NCBI GenBank assembly: GCA_963666975.2
Contig: CAXVYR010000004.1
Location: 1,216,001-1,280,000 of the forward strand
Direction of reading: 5' to 3'
From: Terriglobia bacterium
GTDB taxonomy: Bacteria; Acidobacteriota; Terriglobia; 2-12-FULL-54-10
DNA: 64,000 nt
Notes under the pieces: model-generated
Database searches by the model: none
Told to the model about the DNA's origin: nothing
The model's input: only the letters and a program-made list of their open reading frames with translations
Shown here: positions 29,996-40,277 of the stretch, piece after piece
How the letters are laid out: each line of letters starts with the position of its first letter
How positions within the stretch are numbered: the first letter of the stretch is position 1
Program-made: the position numbers and the translations under genes

Positions 29996-30566
29996 AACAG
30001 CCTCCGGTAAACGATAAATCCGAGCACCCCCGCCTTCCGGCAGGCTTCCGGCGCAGAATTCACCGCTAATTCACTTCCGTTTCGATACCGCCTTCCGGCG
30101 TCTTGGTTCACTCCCTGTTAGATGGCTGGCGGCACTCCGAAAAGGACTCGCAAGATAGCCTCGGCTTTGTCGGGCCAAATAGGCTGTTCCGATGGGGTTT
30201 TGATCCAGTAGGAACCAACCTGTAATATATCGACTCCCGTTAGCGATCCCTTCCCCCGCTTCTCTGCTCGCCCCACACATGGGAAAAATCCTTATTACCC
30301 CTGAGCTATGAAGCAGTTGAGCGGATTCTACCGTACCCGCACAACCCCGTCAACAAGCTCCCCCCTTTTGTGCAAGGAACCCGGAGTTATCTTTTTGTGT
30401 CACATTGTGTCACACGCTTCCCCTAGTTTTTGGACTTGGGAGAAAACTTTTCGGCAAGCGGGCGCCAAGAGGAAAAGCTCGTTCGGCACCGGCAATGTGC
30501 ACGGCGGGAGCGGCAGGGTGCTCATCCCGGTGAAAAAGGTCCTCGCGCTGCTGTCTGCTCTGGCGG

Positions 30567-31025
30567 TCACGGTTGGAGCGCCGCCAGCACTTCCTGAACG
30601 TGGCCCTCGACATGCACCTTTGGAAATATCTTCTGGACCTTCCCGGAAGCGTCAATTAGGAATGTGGTGCGCTCCACGCCGAGAACCTTTTTCCCGTGCA
30701 TGTTTTTTTCCTTCAGCACGCCGTATTCCTTGGCCACTTTCCGGTCCACATCGCACAACAGCGGAAAAGGCAGGGAGTATTTCTGCTTGAACTGGTCTTG
30801 CAGCAGCGGAGTGTCGGGACTCACGCCAACCACGGCGGCTCCCAGCTTTTGAAAATCAGCGATTGCATCACGGAACCCGGATGCCTCGGCGGTTCACCCC
30901 GGAGTATCGGCCATGGGGTAAAAGAAAAGGACCAGAGGATGTCCCTGGTAGTCGGTGAGGTTTACCGTGGTGTTTTGGTCGTTCGTCAGTTGAAAGCCTG
31001 GTGCTGGTTGTCCTGCTTCGAGCAT
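30567..31025 (-). CDS. bcp: Peroxiredoxin BCP/PrxQ, probable selenoprotein (UGA at codon 44)
   Basis: MLEAGQPAPGFQL...FYPMADTPG*TAEASGFRD...VVGVSPD...RTTFLID; the single in-frame TGA (30894-96) sits at the peroxidatic Cys position. Confidence 0.85.
30863..30893 (-). promoter_or_regulatory. Putative bacterial SECIS hairpin
   Basis: mRNA UGA-ACCGCCGAG-GCAUC-CGG-GUU-CCG-U-GAUGC: stem with a bulged U and a G-containing apical loop starting 9 nt after UGA. Confidence 0.65.
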
Positions 31026-31053
31026 AGTTTCCTCGCAATATTCAAGTGTTCGG

Positions 31054-31108
31054 TGTTGGGTGTTGGGTGGTAAATGTTAGATGGTGGATATTAGATGTTA
31101 GGTGGAAA
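31054..31108. repeat. Degenerate 7-bp tandem repeat (TGTTRGR-like, about 8 units)
   Basis: tgttggg tgttggg tggtaaa tgttaga tggtgga tattaga tgttagg. Confidence 0.6.
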
Positions 31109-31197
31109 TATCGTCTTGCAATCGAAAGCCGCCGATTGCAGATCTCTCCCGGCCTCCTTCCCGGCAATGGATCAGCCGGCAAAGGCATCCGGATACT

Positions 31198-32727
31198 TTA
31201 AGCTCCTCCGAGTTCTTCCTTTAACAGCTCGTTGACCTTCTGGGGATTGGCCTGACCTTTGGTCTCCTTCATGACCTGGCCCACGAAATAGCCGATCAGC
31301 GACGTCTTCCCGGATTTGTATTGCGCCAACTGCTTCGGGTTGGCGGCGATCACGTTGCGGATTGTGTCGCGAATCTGATCGGAATCGGTAATCTGACTGA
31401 GTCCCATCCTGCCGACAATAGCCTTCGCGCTCTCCGAGGTGCTCAACATTGTCTCAAAGACGCTCTTGGCCATCTTGCCGGAGAGGGTCTTGTCTTGTAT
31501 GAGCACCAAAAGCCCGGTCAGCGCCTCCGGCGAAACGGGCGACTCGCCGATCTGCTTTCCTGCCGCCTTCAGAGCGCCCAGCAAATCACCCATCACCCAG
31601 TTTGCCGCCATCTTCGGTTCGGCGCCCGATGCCGTCACTTTTTCATAGTAGCCGGCCAGAGCTTGGGAAGCGGTCAGCACCTCGGCGTCATACTCACGCA
31701 AGCCGTACTGGCTGACAAATCGGCGCCGCTTCGTATCGGGGAGCTCCGGCAGCGTCTGCCGAATCTCTTCCTGCCAAGCATCGCTGACCATCAACGGAAG
31801 CAGGTCGGGCTCCGGGAAATAGCGGTAATCATGGGCGTACTCTTTGCTGCGCATGCTGACGGTCTTCTGCTGTTCGAAGTTCCAGTGGCGCGTCTCCTGG
31901 GCGACCTTTTCTCCGCGCTCCAGCAACTGCGTCTGCCGCGCGATCTCATAGTCCAGCGCCTTTTGCAGGTAGCGGAAGGAGTTCAGGTTCTTGACCTCGG
32001 CCTTGACGCCTAACTCTTGCTGGCCGCGCGGGCGCACGCTGACGTTGGCGTCGCAGCGCAGGCTGCCTTCCTCCATATTGCAATCGGAGACGTCGAGGTA
32101 CTCCAGTATCTGCTTCAGCCGCGTCACATAATCGTAGGCCTCGGCCGAGCTGCGCATGTCGGGCTCGCTGACGATCTCGGCCAGCGGCGTGCCGCTGCGG
32201 TTCAGGTCCACGTAGCTTTTGTCCTTCGAGTCAGGGAAGCCGTCGTGGATGCTCTTCCCGGCGTCCTCTTCCATATGCAGGCGTGTGATGCCGATTCGCT
32301 TTGTACCCTTTTCCTGAGGGCCGCCCTCAGCCTGTCCATCTCCGGAACGAATCTCAATCCAGCCGTGCTCGGCGAGCGGCTGGTCGAACTGGGAAATTTG
32401 ATAGCCCTTGGGGAGGTCGGGATAAAAATAATTCTTGCGGGCGAAGCGGGAAAACGGGTTTACGCGGCAGTTTAGCGCCAGCGCCGCTTTGACGGCCATC
32501 GCCACCGCTTCCCGGTTCAGCACCGGAAGCGCGCCGGGCAGTCCCAAGCACACCGGACAGGAGTTGGTGTTGGGCGGATCGCCGAAACGGGTGGAGCAGC
32601 CGCAGAAAATCTTGGAGCGCGTCCGCAGTTGGACGTGAACTTCGAGGCCGATTACCGGCTCGTATTTCCCCTTCAGGGCCTCCGGAATTTCCAGCGCGTC
32701 CCTAGTTAGTTCCATAGTTAGTTCCAT
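31198..32727 (-). CDS. gatB: Asp/Glu-tRNA amidotransferase subunit B
   Basis: IGLEVHVQL, RKNYFYPDLPKGYQISQ, HMEEDAGK, YRYFPEPDL. Confidence 0.98.
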   Translation of the reverse strand: MELTMELTRDALEIPEALKGKYEPVIGLEVHVQLRTRSKIFCGCSTRFGDPPNTNSCPVCLGLPGALPVLNREAVAMAVKAALALNCRVNPFSRFARKNYFYPDLPKGYQISQFDQPLAEHGWIEIRSGDGQAEGGPQEKGTKRIGITRLHMEEDAGKSIHDGFPDSKDKSYVDLNRSGTPLAEIVSEPDMRSSAEAYDYVTRLKQILEYLDVSDCNMEEGSLRCDANVSVRPRGQQELGVKAEVKNLNSFRYLQKALDYEIARQTQLLERGEKVAQETRHWNFEQQKTVSMRSKEYAHDYRYFPEPDLLPLMVSDAWQEEIRQTLPELPDTKRRRFVSQYGLREYDAEVLTASQALAGYYEKVTASGAEPKMAANWVMGDLLGALKAAGKQIGESPVSPEALTGLLVLIQDKTLSGKMAKSVFETMLSTSESAKAIVGRMGLSQITDSDQIRDTIRNVIAANPKQLAQYKSGKTSLIGYFVGQVMKETKGQANPQKVNELLKEELGGA

Positions 32728-32877
32728 AAGAAGTTAGTGCCGTAACCAGTTAAACCCATCACAAGCGAATCCCACAACAGGCCACGCCTTTCAGAAACCA
32801 TGCCCAGCAAAGGCATCCGCTACGGCAGCCGGGATTCTGCAAGCCCGTTGCGCCGGAGGGAATTTCCGGTCTCGCTC

Positions 32878-33168
32878 CTAATAAGGGGGATTCAAGAGGG
32901 TCAACTCGAACTCCGCCGGGTCGAGATTCCGGCTGCGGAGCTGGGAGTGGCACTCCTCGAAACTGCTTCCGGCAGCCTCGATCTTTCGCAGGCGCACGTC
33001 CACGTACTCCACTCCCTCCCGGCTCACCTTTCCCGGAGGAGTGTACATCCGAAAGGCCACCCACTTCCCGGCGTGTTCCAAACGCTCCGAAAGGCTCAAT
33101 TCATCCACAGCCCGGCCCACCGGTTCGGGAGCGTTGCTTGCAACTTCGTTCGATTTCTTGCCAACCAT
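32878..33168 (-). CDS. Small hypothetical protein
   Basis: AGGAG SD; GKWVAFRMYTP...LRKIEAAG...LDPAEFELTLLNPPY*; co-oriented with gatB. Confidence 0.65.
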   Translation of the reverse strand: MVGKKSNEVASNAPEPVGRAVDELSLSERLEHAGKWVAFRMYTPPGKVSREGVEYVDVRLRKIEAAGSSFEECHSQLRSRNLDPAEFELTLLNPPY

Positions 33169-33534
33169 GTCTCTCCTTCTACAGCCAAGCCTCTTCTCCA
33201 GCAAGAAACCGTCTTAAGCTGGCAGCAGGCAGATTCGTTGTCCTTCTAACCCTCAGATTATCCTGATGTGCGGCGGGAACTGCAAGGGGTTTTGGCGGGA
33301 TCGTTTATTTTGCTCTTCTTACCTACCAAGTTGCGGTCCTGCGCCTCCTCAATACACTGGGAGGATATACGCCGAAATCACTTTATGCCAGCAATGATCC
33401 AATCCCCGGGCCGGTGGCGGCATTTCTTTACAATTGCACCTCAGTGCACTACGCTATCGGCCAGATTGGACCGGTTTTCTTCGGCCATATTCCCAGGACT
33501 TCGGTAGCTGCTGCCTTATGATAAGGATACCATC

Positions 33535-34960
33535 ATGGCAAAGATCACAGTTGGGCCCGTCATCGGAAAGGTGACCCATAACCGTGGAAGGGTACTGCTT
33601 GAATTGAATGAAAACGCCGAAGTGACCTGTGTCGCAACTCCCCTCAAAGGAAAACGAGTGCGGCAAACCATGTCGTTCAGGAAAAATCGCGCTTCCGTTT
33701 TTCATCTGACCGGGCTTAAGCCTGACACCAGATACGAAATCAAATTCGATGGCGTTAATACGCCTCTGACAGGTACCTTGAAGACATTTGAGCTAAACCC
33801 CAGCCGAATGAACGTGGGAGCGGTAAGTTGCAACTATACCACCAAGCGAGGCGACACTGACCTCTGGGCGGACTTAAGAGACCGATATGTCAAGCAGGGC
33901 GAGATCGATTTGCTTCTCCATATACGCGGCCTTTGCCAAGCGGAGGTCTACGGCGATCAGGTTTACGGAGATATTGCATTTGCCGAAGCTCAGTTAATTC
34001 TGAACGGCAAGACTCCGGGCAACAGAGCGTCAGGAGGAGCAGATATTGGAACTCTATCGGCGACTCTACCGATGGGCCTGGAACGACACCGCCACGCAAG
34101 AAGTTCTGGCCAGCGTGCCTAACCTGATGATTTGGGACGATCACGAAATTCGCGATGACTGGGGCAGCCTGGAGTCTGACAAAAAATCCTCCGCTGTGGA
34201 ATACTACATTGGAACGTTGGCCCGACGCGTGTACCGAGAGTACCAACGGCAACTCTGGGACGATTTTGACCCTGACACAGGGCCTGCTTCTGAACTTGAT
34301 CACCACTTTCATATTTGGGGGCCAATTGGCGTTCTGTTCTTGGACCAACGAGGGCCGAGATCATTCCAAACTGACTCGGCTAGGCCTTACCTTGGAACAA
34401 AACAGTGGGACGAAATAAAGAACGCCCTTAGCGGGTCTAAAGGTATTTTTGCTAATCCATCGGTCCGGGCTCTACTGGTTGTTACTCCAGTACCCTTAGT
34501 TTTTCTAAGCGGCAAGATTTCGGGCGTCGGCAGTCACCTGATGGACGACCTCATGGACCACTGGTCTTACGGGTCACACAGGAAAGAACAAGTAGAGATG
34601 ATTAGACTGCTTAGATACTGGAAAGAAGCCAGGAAGAACGAAAGAGAACTCTTGGTGCTTGGAGGGGATGTTCACATCGGTGGGCACACGGATATCAAGC
34701 GCCGGGGCAACACAATTTTCAAGCAACTGATCACCAGTCCCATCACCAATCGCCCTCCCAAATCGTACGAATTCTATGGGGTCCGAATGCTTATGGAAGC
34801 CCAACAGAGGCTTGGAGAGAGGTACTCATTCGAGCATCACGACTTCACGAATCGGAGAAACTATGGGGTTGTTCTTGTCAGAATCCCACCCAAGGGATTG
34901 CCTAAAGTTGATGGTGTTCTGGTTGAGGCGGTTGCCGATAGGAAGACCGCGAGAAACTAA
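33535..34960 (+). pseudogene. PhoD-like metallophosphatase, frameshifted
   Basis: AVSCN, LLHI[9 aa insert]GDQVYGD, then +1 frame MIWDDHEI, LDQR, DHW, GGDVH, LITSPI; frameshift between about 34004 and 34045. Confidence 0.8.
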
Positions 34961-35114
34961 CCATCCTTAATTGCGGATCGCATAATGTAGTGACGGGTTC
35001 TACCCGTCAGGATCGTCAACCCGATTCCGAGCCGCGCGCGTAAGCAAGCGGCACCAAACGCTGGTCCATGGAGCCAAGTTGCGGGGTTGCTCCCTCACGC
35101 TCGCAGCGCGGCTT

Positions 35115-35618
35115 TTACATGGGGACGACGATGCGCGGCAGCAGCTTGCCAAATCGCGGGGCGGAGCGCTCCGCATCTCCATTCCCCCGTTCGCTTTCCA
35201 ACTGTTCTATCTCCATCCGCCGCATTTCCAGCTCCCGGCGAATCTGTTCGCTCTCCATCAGGTTTCTCTCCGCCCGTCCAATCACCTGATGCACGCTCTC
35301 CAGCAGCTTGATCTCTAGTCGCTCCAACTCCCGCTCCCTCGCCTCCAGTTCCTGGCGAAACTGTTCGCATTCCAGTCGCTCCTGTTGCAGCCGCTCGCCT
35401 TCCACTCGCACTTTCTCTACCAGCTCTCTTTCCAAACGCACTTTTTCCAGATGCACCCTCTGGAGCATTTCGTTCTCCATCCGCTCCCGCTCCCTCTGCC
35501 GCGTTTCCATCGCCCGGCGGCGACTGTACCGAAGCAGGGAGAATACGGAAAAGGCCGCGACGATCCCAGCGACGAGGATGACCCAGTTGTCCGTAGTTAC
35601 CCTCCACTCCGCGTTCAG
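35115..35618 (-). CDS. Membrane-anchored coiled-coil protein directly downstream of smc (start uncertain, possibly CTG)
   Basis: TM segment WVILVAGIVAAFSVFSLL then E/R-rich heptads; CTG overlaps the smc TGA (CTGA). Confidence 0.55.
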   Translation of the reverse strand: MNAEWRVTTDNWVILVAGIVAAFSVFSLLRYSRRRAMETRQRERERMENEMLQRVHLEKVRLERELVEKVRVEGERLQQERLECEQFRQELEARERELERLEIKLLESVHQVIGRAERNLMESEQIRRELEMRRMEIEQLESERGNGDAERSAPRFGKLLPRIVVPM

Positions 35619-38600
35619 TGAGCTGCGGCGACCGCTTTCTGCTCCGGAACGGGCGTCGCGGCTGCGCCGTTGAACTGGACGGAGACGATCTTGGAGACGC
35701 CCGCCTCTTCCATGGTGACGCCGTAGAGAACCGGAGCGACGCGCATGGTCTTTCTGCTGTGGGTGATAATGATGAACTGCGTCTCCCGGCTCATCTCCTG
35801 CAGCAGATTGGTGAAGCGACCGATATTGGCGTCGTCCAGAGGAGCATCCACCTCGTCCAAAATGCAAAACGGGCTGGGCCGGTAGCGAAAGACTCCCACC
35901 AGTAGCGCCAGGGCCGTCAGCGCCTTTTCCCCGCCGGAGAGCAGCAGGACATTTTGCAGACGCTTACCGGGCGGCTGCGCCACGATCTCGATTCCGCAAT
36001 CGGCGATATTTTCCGCGTCCGTCAGGCGCAGAAAACCCTGGCCGCCGTTGAAGAGAACTTCAAAGGTTTGCTGGAAATGCGTGTTGATCTGCTCGAAGGC
36101 TTCCAAGAACTGTTTGCTGGAGATGGCGTCGATCTCCGCAATCGCCTGGGTGGTGTCGCGGATGGAGTCGAACAAATCCTGCTTCTGGAGGTTTAGAAAA
36201 TCGTACCGCTGCTGGGACTCCTCCAATTCTTCCAGAGCCATCATGTTGACCGGCCCGAGCGCCTCGATCTTGCCCTTCAGTTGCCGGTAATTCTCATCGG
36301 CAGCGGCCATCTCCTCCGCATTCAACCGGGGCAACTCTTCCGCCGTCAGCTCCTCCACCTCCATCTGCAGCTCATTGCGGCAGGCCTCCTTCACGTGCGC
36401 CATCTCCGATTCCACGCGGGCCAACTGGACCTCCGCCGCCGTTTTTTCGTTCCTTGTCTCCTCCAGTTTCTGGCGGTGTTGTTCGAGCTCCTGCTCCAAA
36501 ACCGCCAGTCGCTCCCGGTACTGTTCACAATTTTTCTCAAGCTCTGACAGCCGGACGCCCCACTGCTCGGCGCGCTGCTCGGCCTGCGCGGCTTTCTGCT
36601 CCAGACGGGAATTCTCCTCGGCGGCGCTGTCCCGCCGCTGCCGCCACTCCTCCCGTTGCCGGCTGACTTCTTCGGCGCGAACGGAAATTTCCTCGATGGT
36701 ATGCTCCACACGCTCCAACGCGCTGGCCGTCGCCCGGTGACGCTCCTGAAACGCGGCCAGCCGGCTTTTGATCTCCATCGCGTTCGTATTGGCCTGCTCC
36801 CGGGCAGCCTCCAGATCGGCCATGGTCCGGGCCAAGTGGCCGGTTTCAGTTTCAATCTCCACCCGTCTTTGCTCGCGAAGGGAAATTTCCTGCGTGTCCT
36901 GGGCATGCTGCTGGCGGGCGCGCCCGGCTTCGCGGCGCAACCGCTCCACCTCCAAGTTGAATATGGAAAGGCGCTCCGCAGCGCGCTCCAGCCCTTCCTG
37001 TGCCTCTTTCCAATCCCGTTCCGCAACGACCGCGCTCTTCTCCGCCTCGCCCTGCTGCTGGGCCAGCGACTGCACAGCGGCCTGCAACCGGTCGATCTCC
37101 TCCGTCGTCCGGGCCATCTCTTCGCTGGTCCGGGCCATGGTCTGTTCGCGCTCCGCCAAGCTGCGCGTGATTTCGCGGAGCTCCCGCTTCAGGGCCAGGG
37201 GGCCGCCAAGATCGGCTTTACCCGTCGTGACGAGGCCGCCATGGAACCAGTCTCCCTCGGGTGTCAAAAAATACGAGTCCCGGTGCTGCTGGGCGAGAGC
37301 CCGGCCAGCCTCCACATCGGCGACCAGGTAGCTGTGGCGAAGCTTCGGCAGCAACGCGCTCGCCTGCCCGGAAAGCCCGTTTGAAAAACGCAGGTGGGCT
37401 TCCAAAGGCCCCAGCACTCCGGGCAGGGACTCGCAGCTTTCCGCCACGGCGGTTCCGTTTCCGCTGGAAGGCGCCGAGGATGAGGATGCGGAGTGCAGCA
37501 GAAAAGTGGCGCGTCCCGGAATCTCCGTCCGCAGCAGGTGCATGGCTTCGCTCACCGAATCCCAATCCTTCACTACAATGTAGTCGAGCTCCTCCCGCAG
37601 GAATTCCTCTACGATGTGCTCGCAGGCGGTTTCGACTTCGATGAAGTCCGCCAGAACCCCGACGGGCTCGAAGCCGCGCCGTTGCGCTATTTCACTGTTA
37701 TGCTCCGGGCTGTTTTGTTCCTGCATTGCCAACGGCTGCCCGTCTGTGCCGTTGCCGTTGCCCGCCGGAGCCTGCTTCTCGAACAGGCGGCGCACCGTCT
37801 CGGTGCTGTAGGCGCGGCGGGCCAGAATCTCTTCCAGCGAGGAACGGCGCGCGCGCTGGCCCGAAAGCTCCACGCGCAGTTGTTCGAGTTCCGCTCGTTG
37901 CCGCGACTCTTTTTCCCGGGCGTCGCGCAAACTTTCCCCCGACGAGGCGCGCCGGGCAGCGATGGATTCCAGTTCCGCTTGCTGGCGGTTCATGCCCGCG
38001 CTGAGGTCTCCCTGCCGGGAGGAGGCGGCTTCGCACTCCGCCTGCGCCGCCGAGCAGCCGTTTTCTTCTTGCAGGATCTGCCGCTCGGTTTCGCCGAGGA
38101 ATTTTTCCAGTTGAACCACTTGATTGCGGAGCGTGGCGCACTGGTCCACGGTTTCGAGCATCTCCTGGCGCAACTGCCCGACCCTCGCCTCTTTCTCCTT
38201 CATCTCGTTCTGACAGGCTTGCGACTGGCTTTCACATTCGCGCAACCGTCCGGCTGCTGCCTCCGCCTCCGTGTCGATCTCCGTTAAAGAGGCTGCGTGC
38301 AGGTCCCGCTCCGACTTCAAATGCTCCAACCGGGAACGCAACTGGCGCTGCTCCTCCAGCGCCTCCTCCATCCTGCTCTCCAGGTGGGTGATCTCTTGTG
38401 TCTGTGAGGTGACCTGGCTGCGGGCCCGTTCGGCGGCCAGGCGCAGCCCGGACCGCTCCTCGACACCCCGGCGCAGCTCGGCCTCATCGCGCTCGGAGAT
38501 GTGATGCAGCTCCCGCTGCTGCGTCTCCCGGCTCCGGGTCAGCTCGATCTGTTCCTGGAGAGAGCTGTTCCGCATGCTCAACTCCAGGGCAACCCGCACC

Positions 38601-39379
38601 GCCTCCTGCTCGCTTTCCTGGAAGCGCGTCGCCAGCAGAATCCGGAGCTGGCGCCGCATCTCTTCCTGCATCTCCCGGAAACGGCGCGCCCGCCCGGCTT
38701 GCCGCTTGAGCGAATTCACCTGGCGTGTGACCTCCTCCAGAATGTCCTGCACCCGCGCCAGGTTTTGCCGCGAGGCTTCCAGCTTCGCCCATGCCAGTTT
38801 TCGCTTGGCTTTGAATTTGGTGACTCCCGCCGCCTCTTCGATCAAGGCTCTGCGCTCATGCGGCTTGGAGCTGAGGATTTGTCCGATCCGGCCCTGCTCG
38901 ATAATGGCATAGGAGTCCGCGCCCAGGCCGGTTCCCAGAAAAAGCTCCTGAATGTCACGCAACCGGCAGAGCCGTCCGTTCATCAAGTATTCACTCTCGC
39001 CCGAATGGAACAGACGGCGGGAGACCAAAATCTCACCAGGCCGGGAGGCCTTCGAATGTCCGTTCGTCGGGGACTGCCCGGCCGAGTCGGAGGGAGCCGC
39101 TGCGGCGGCCTGCGGGTCGACGATGGTCAGCCGAACTTCCGCCATGCCGGTGGCCTTGCGGCCAGGAGTCCCATTGAAGATGACATCCTGCATGCGGTCG
39201 CTGCGCAACTGCTTGGCGGATTGCTCCCCCAGCACCCAGCTGATCGCATCGCTGATGTTGCTCTTGCCGCAACCATTCGGGCCTACGATGGCTGCAATGC
39301 CGGCACCGTCAAAACTGATCCGGGTACGATCCGCAAACGACTTAAATCCAAACAACTCTATTTGTTGGAGTCTTAACAA
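35615..39379 (-). CDS. smc: Chromosome segregation protein SMC
   Basis: GFKSF, GPNGCGKSN, hinge, LSGGEKAL, LDEVDAPLD; TTG start after AGGAG. Confidence 0.97.
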   Translation of the reverse strand: MLRLQQIELFGFKSFADRTRISFDGAGIAAIVGPNGCGKSNISDAISWVLGEQSAKQLRSDRMQDVIFNGTPGRKATGMAEVRLTIVDPQAAAAAPSDSAGQSPTNGHSKASRPGEILVSRRLFHSGESEYLMNGRLCRLRDIQELFLGTGLGADSYAIIEQGRIGQILSSKPHERRALIEEAAGVTKFKAKRKLAWAKLEASRQNLARVQDILEEVTRQVNSLKRQAGRARRFREMQEEMRRQLRILLATRFQESEQEAVRVALELSMRNSSLQEQIELTRSRETQQRELHHISERDEAELRRGVEERSGLRLAAERARSQVTSQTQEITHLESRMEEALEEQRQLRSRLEHLKSERDLHAASLTEIDTEAEAAAGRLRECESQSQACQNEMKEKEARVGQLRQEMLETVDQCATLRNQVVQLEKFLGETERQILQEENGCSAAQAECEAASSRQGDLSAGMNRQQAELESIAARRASSGESLRDAREKESRQRAELEQLRVELSGQRARRSSLEEILARRAYSTETVRRLFEKQAPAGNGNGTDGQPLAMQEQNSPEHNSEIAQRRGFEPVGVLADFIEVETACEHIVEEFLREELDYIVVKDWDSVSEAMHLLRTEIPGRATFLLHSASSSSAPSSGNGTAVAESCESLPGVLGPLEAHLRFSNGLSGQASALLPKLRHSYLVADVEAGRALAQQHRDSYFLTPEGDWFHGGLVTTGKADLGGPLALKRELREITRSLAEREQTMARTSEEMARTTEEIDRLQAAVQSLAQQQGEAEKSAVVAERDWKEAQEGLERAAERLSIFNLEVERLRREAGRARQQHAQDTQEISLREQRRVEIETETGHLARTMADLEAAREQANTNAMEIKSRLAAFQERHRATASALERVEHTIEEISVRAEEVSRQREEWRQRRDSAAEENSRLEQKAAQAEQRAEQWGVRLSELEKNCEQYRERLAVLEQELEQHRQKLEETRNEKTAAEVQLARVESEMAHVKEACRNELQMEVEELTAEELPRLNAEEMAAADENYRQLKGKIEALGPVNMMALEELEESQQRYDFLNLQKQDLFDSIRDTTQAIAEIDAISSKQFLEAFEQINTHFQQTFEVLFNGGQGFLRLTDAENIADCGIEIVAQPPGKRLQNVLLLSGGEKALTALALLVGVFRYRPSPFCILDEVDAPLDDANIGRFTNLLQEMSRETQFIIITHSRKTMRVAPVLYGVTMEEAGVSKIVSVQFNGAAATPVPEQKAVAAAH

Positions 39380-39466
39380 CTTGCACCTCTCCTGGGAAAA
39401 TCCGGAAGTCCCAATCAGCCACAGGACGCCGGAAATCACATGTCCTTAATTAGTACAACTAATAAA

Positions 39467-40187
39467 GGGGCTGTCCTAGCTAAGGGTGATTCTGTCTCGA
39501 TTTGATCCATGTCTTCAATTGGTTAAGCAGTGTCCGGTGGTTACCGCCATTGAAGCGCCATTCGCACTCCTTCAGGAAGAGGTGAAAACTCTGTTTGGGC
39601 ACCCCGTTGAAGCGCCGAAGATGCCGCTTTGCCTGGTTCCAGAAGTTCTCGATCCCATTGATGTGGTTCCGTTCGTCGACGAACCGTTCCGAGTGGTTGA
39701 TCCGAACATGGTGGAAGTCCGACACATCCAGAGCATCGTAGCTCGAAAAGCCATCCGTGTAGACGATGCTGTCGGGCTGGATCAGGCGCTCCATGATCGG
39801 CATCAACGTGTCCGTACGGGCATTGGGGATCATCACCGTGTAGACCCTTCCTCCACGCTTCAAAAGCCCGAAAACCGGGACTTTCCCGCCAGCACCACGA
39901 CCGCGTTTGCCCTTGCGGCGACCACCGAAGTAACTCTCGTCCACTTCGATTTCGCCGCAAACCGAAGAGGCTTTCTGGGTCTCCTCGGCAATCACCGTGC
40001 GAATCCGTGTATAGAACGAAGCGGCCGTGTTCCGATGAACCCCGACAAGCTCAGCCGCCGCCCGTGCCGTCGTCCCGGCAACGAAGTGCTCCACCAACCG
40101 ATCCCGCTTCGCCTTGCTCAGCCGACTACGCCGTTCGTACATATCGCCATCCTATCCCTAAGCAATCTGCTTAGCTAGGACAGCCCC
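39467..40187 (-). mobile_element. Complete IS1595-family (IS1016-like) insertion sequence, 721 bp
   Basis: Perfect 18-bp TIR GGGGCTGTCCTAGCTAAG; perfect 8-bp target duplication CTAATAAA at 39459-66 and 40188-95. Confidence 0.95.
39480..40142 (-). CDS. IS1595-family transposase
   Basis: EVDESYFGG, KRGRGA, VYTD, HINGIENFW, ECEWRFN. Confidence 0.95.
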   Translation of the reverse strand: MYERRSRLSKAKRDRLVEHFVAGTTARAAAELVGVHRNTAASFYTRIRTVIAEETQKASSVCGEIEVDESYFGGRRKGKRGRGAGGKVPVFGLLKRGGRVYTVMIPNARTDTLMPIMERLIQPDSIVYTDGFSSYDALDVSDFHHVRINHSERFVDERNHINGIENFWNQAKRHLRRFNGVPKQSFHLFLKECEWRFNGGNHRTLLNQLKTWIKSRQNHP

Positions 40188-40231
40188 CTAATAAATTGAC
40201 CCGCTCCGAGCGGTCTGCTGCCAGAAAGAAA

Positions 40232-40277
40232 ATACAGTATATAGATCAGCTACAAATAAATACACAAGATTTTGGGG
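40232..40277. promoter_or_regulatory. Possible tandem NrdR boxes in the original smc upstream region
   Basis: ATACAGTATATAGATC (40232) and ACACAAGATTTTGGGG (40262) resemble acaCwAtATaTwGtgt, 30 bp apart. Confidence 0.4.

Noticed and set aside
34975-34991. GGATCGCATAA-TGTAGT resembling half of E. coli dif, after the PhoD-like gene
   Set aside because: No XerD arm follows and no partner site was found upstream of the gene.
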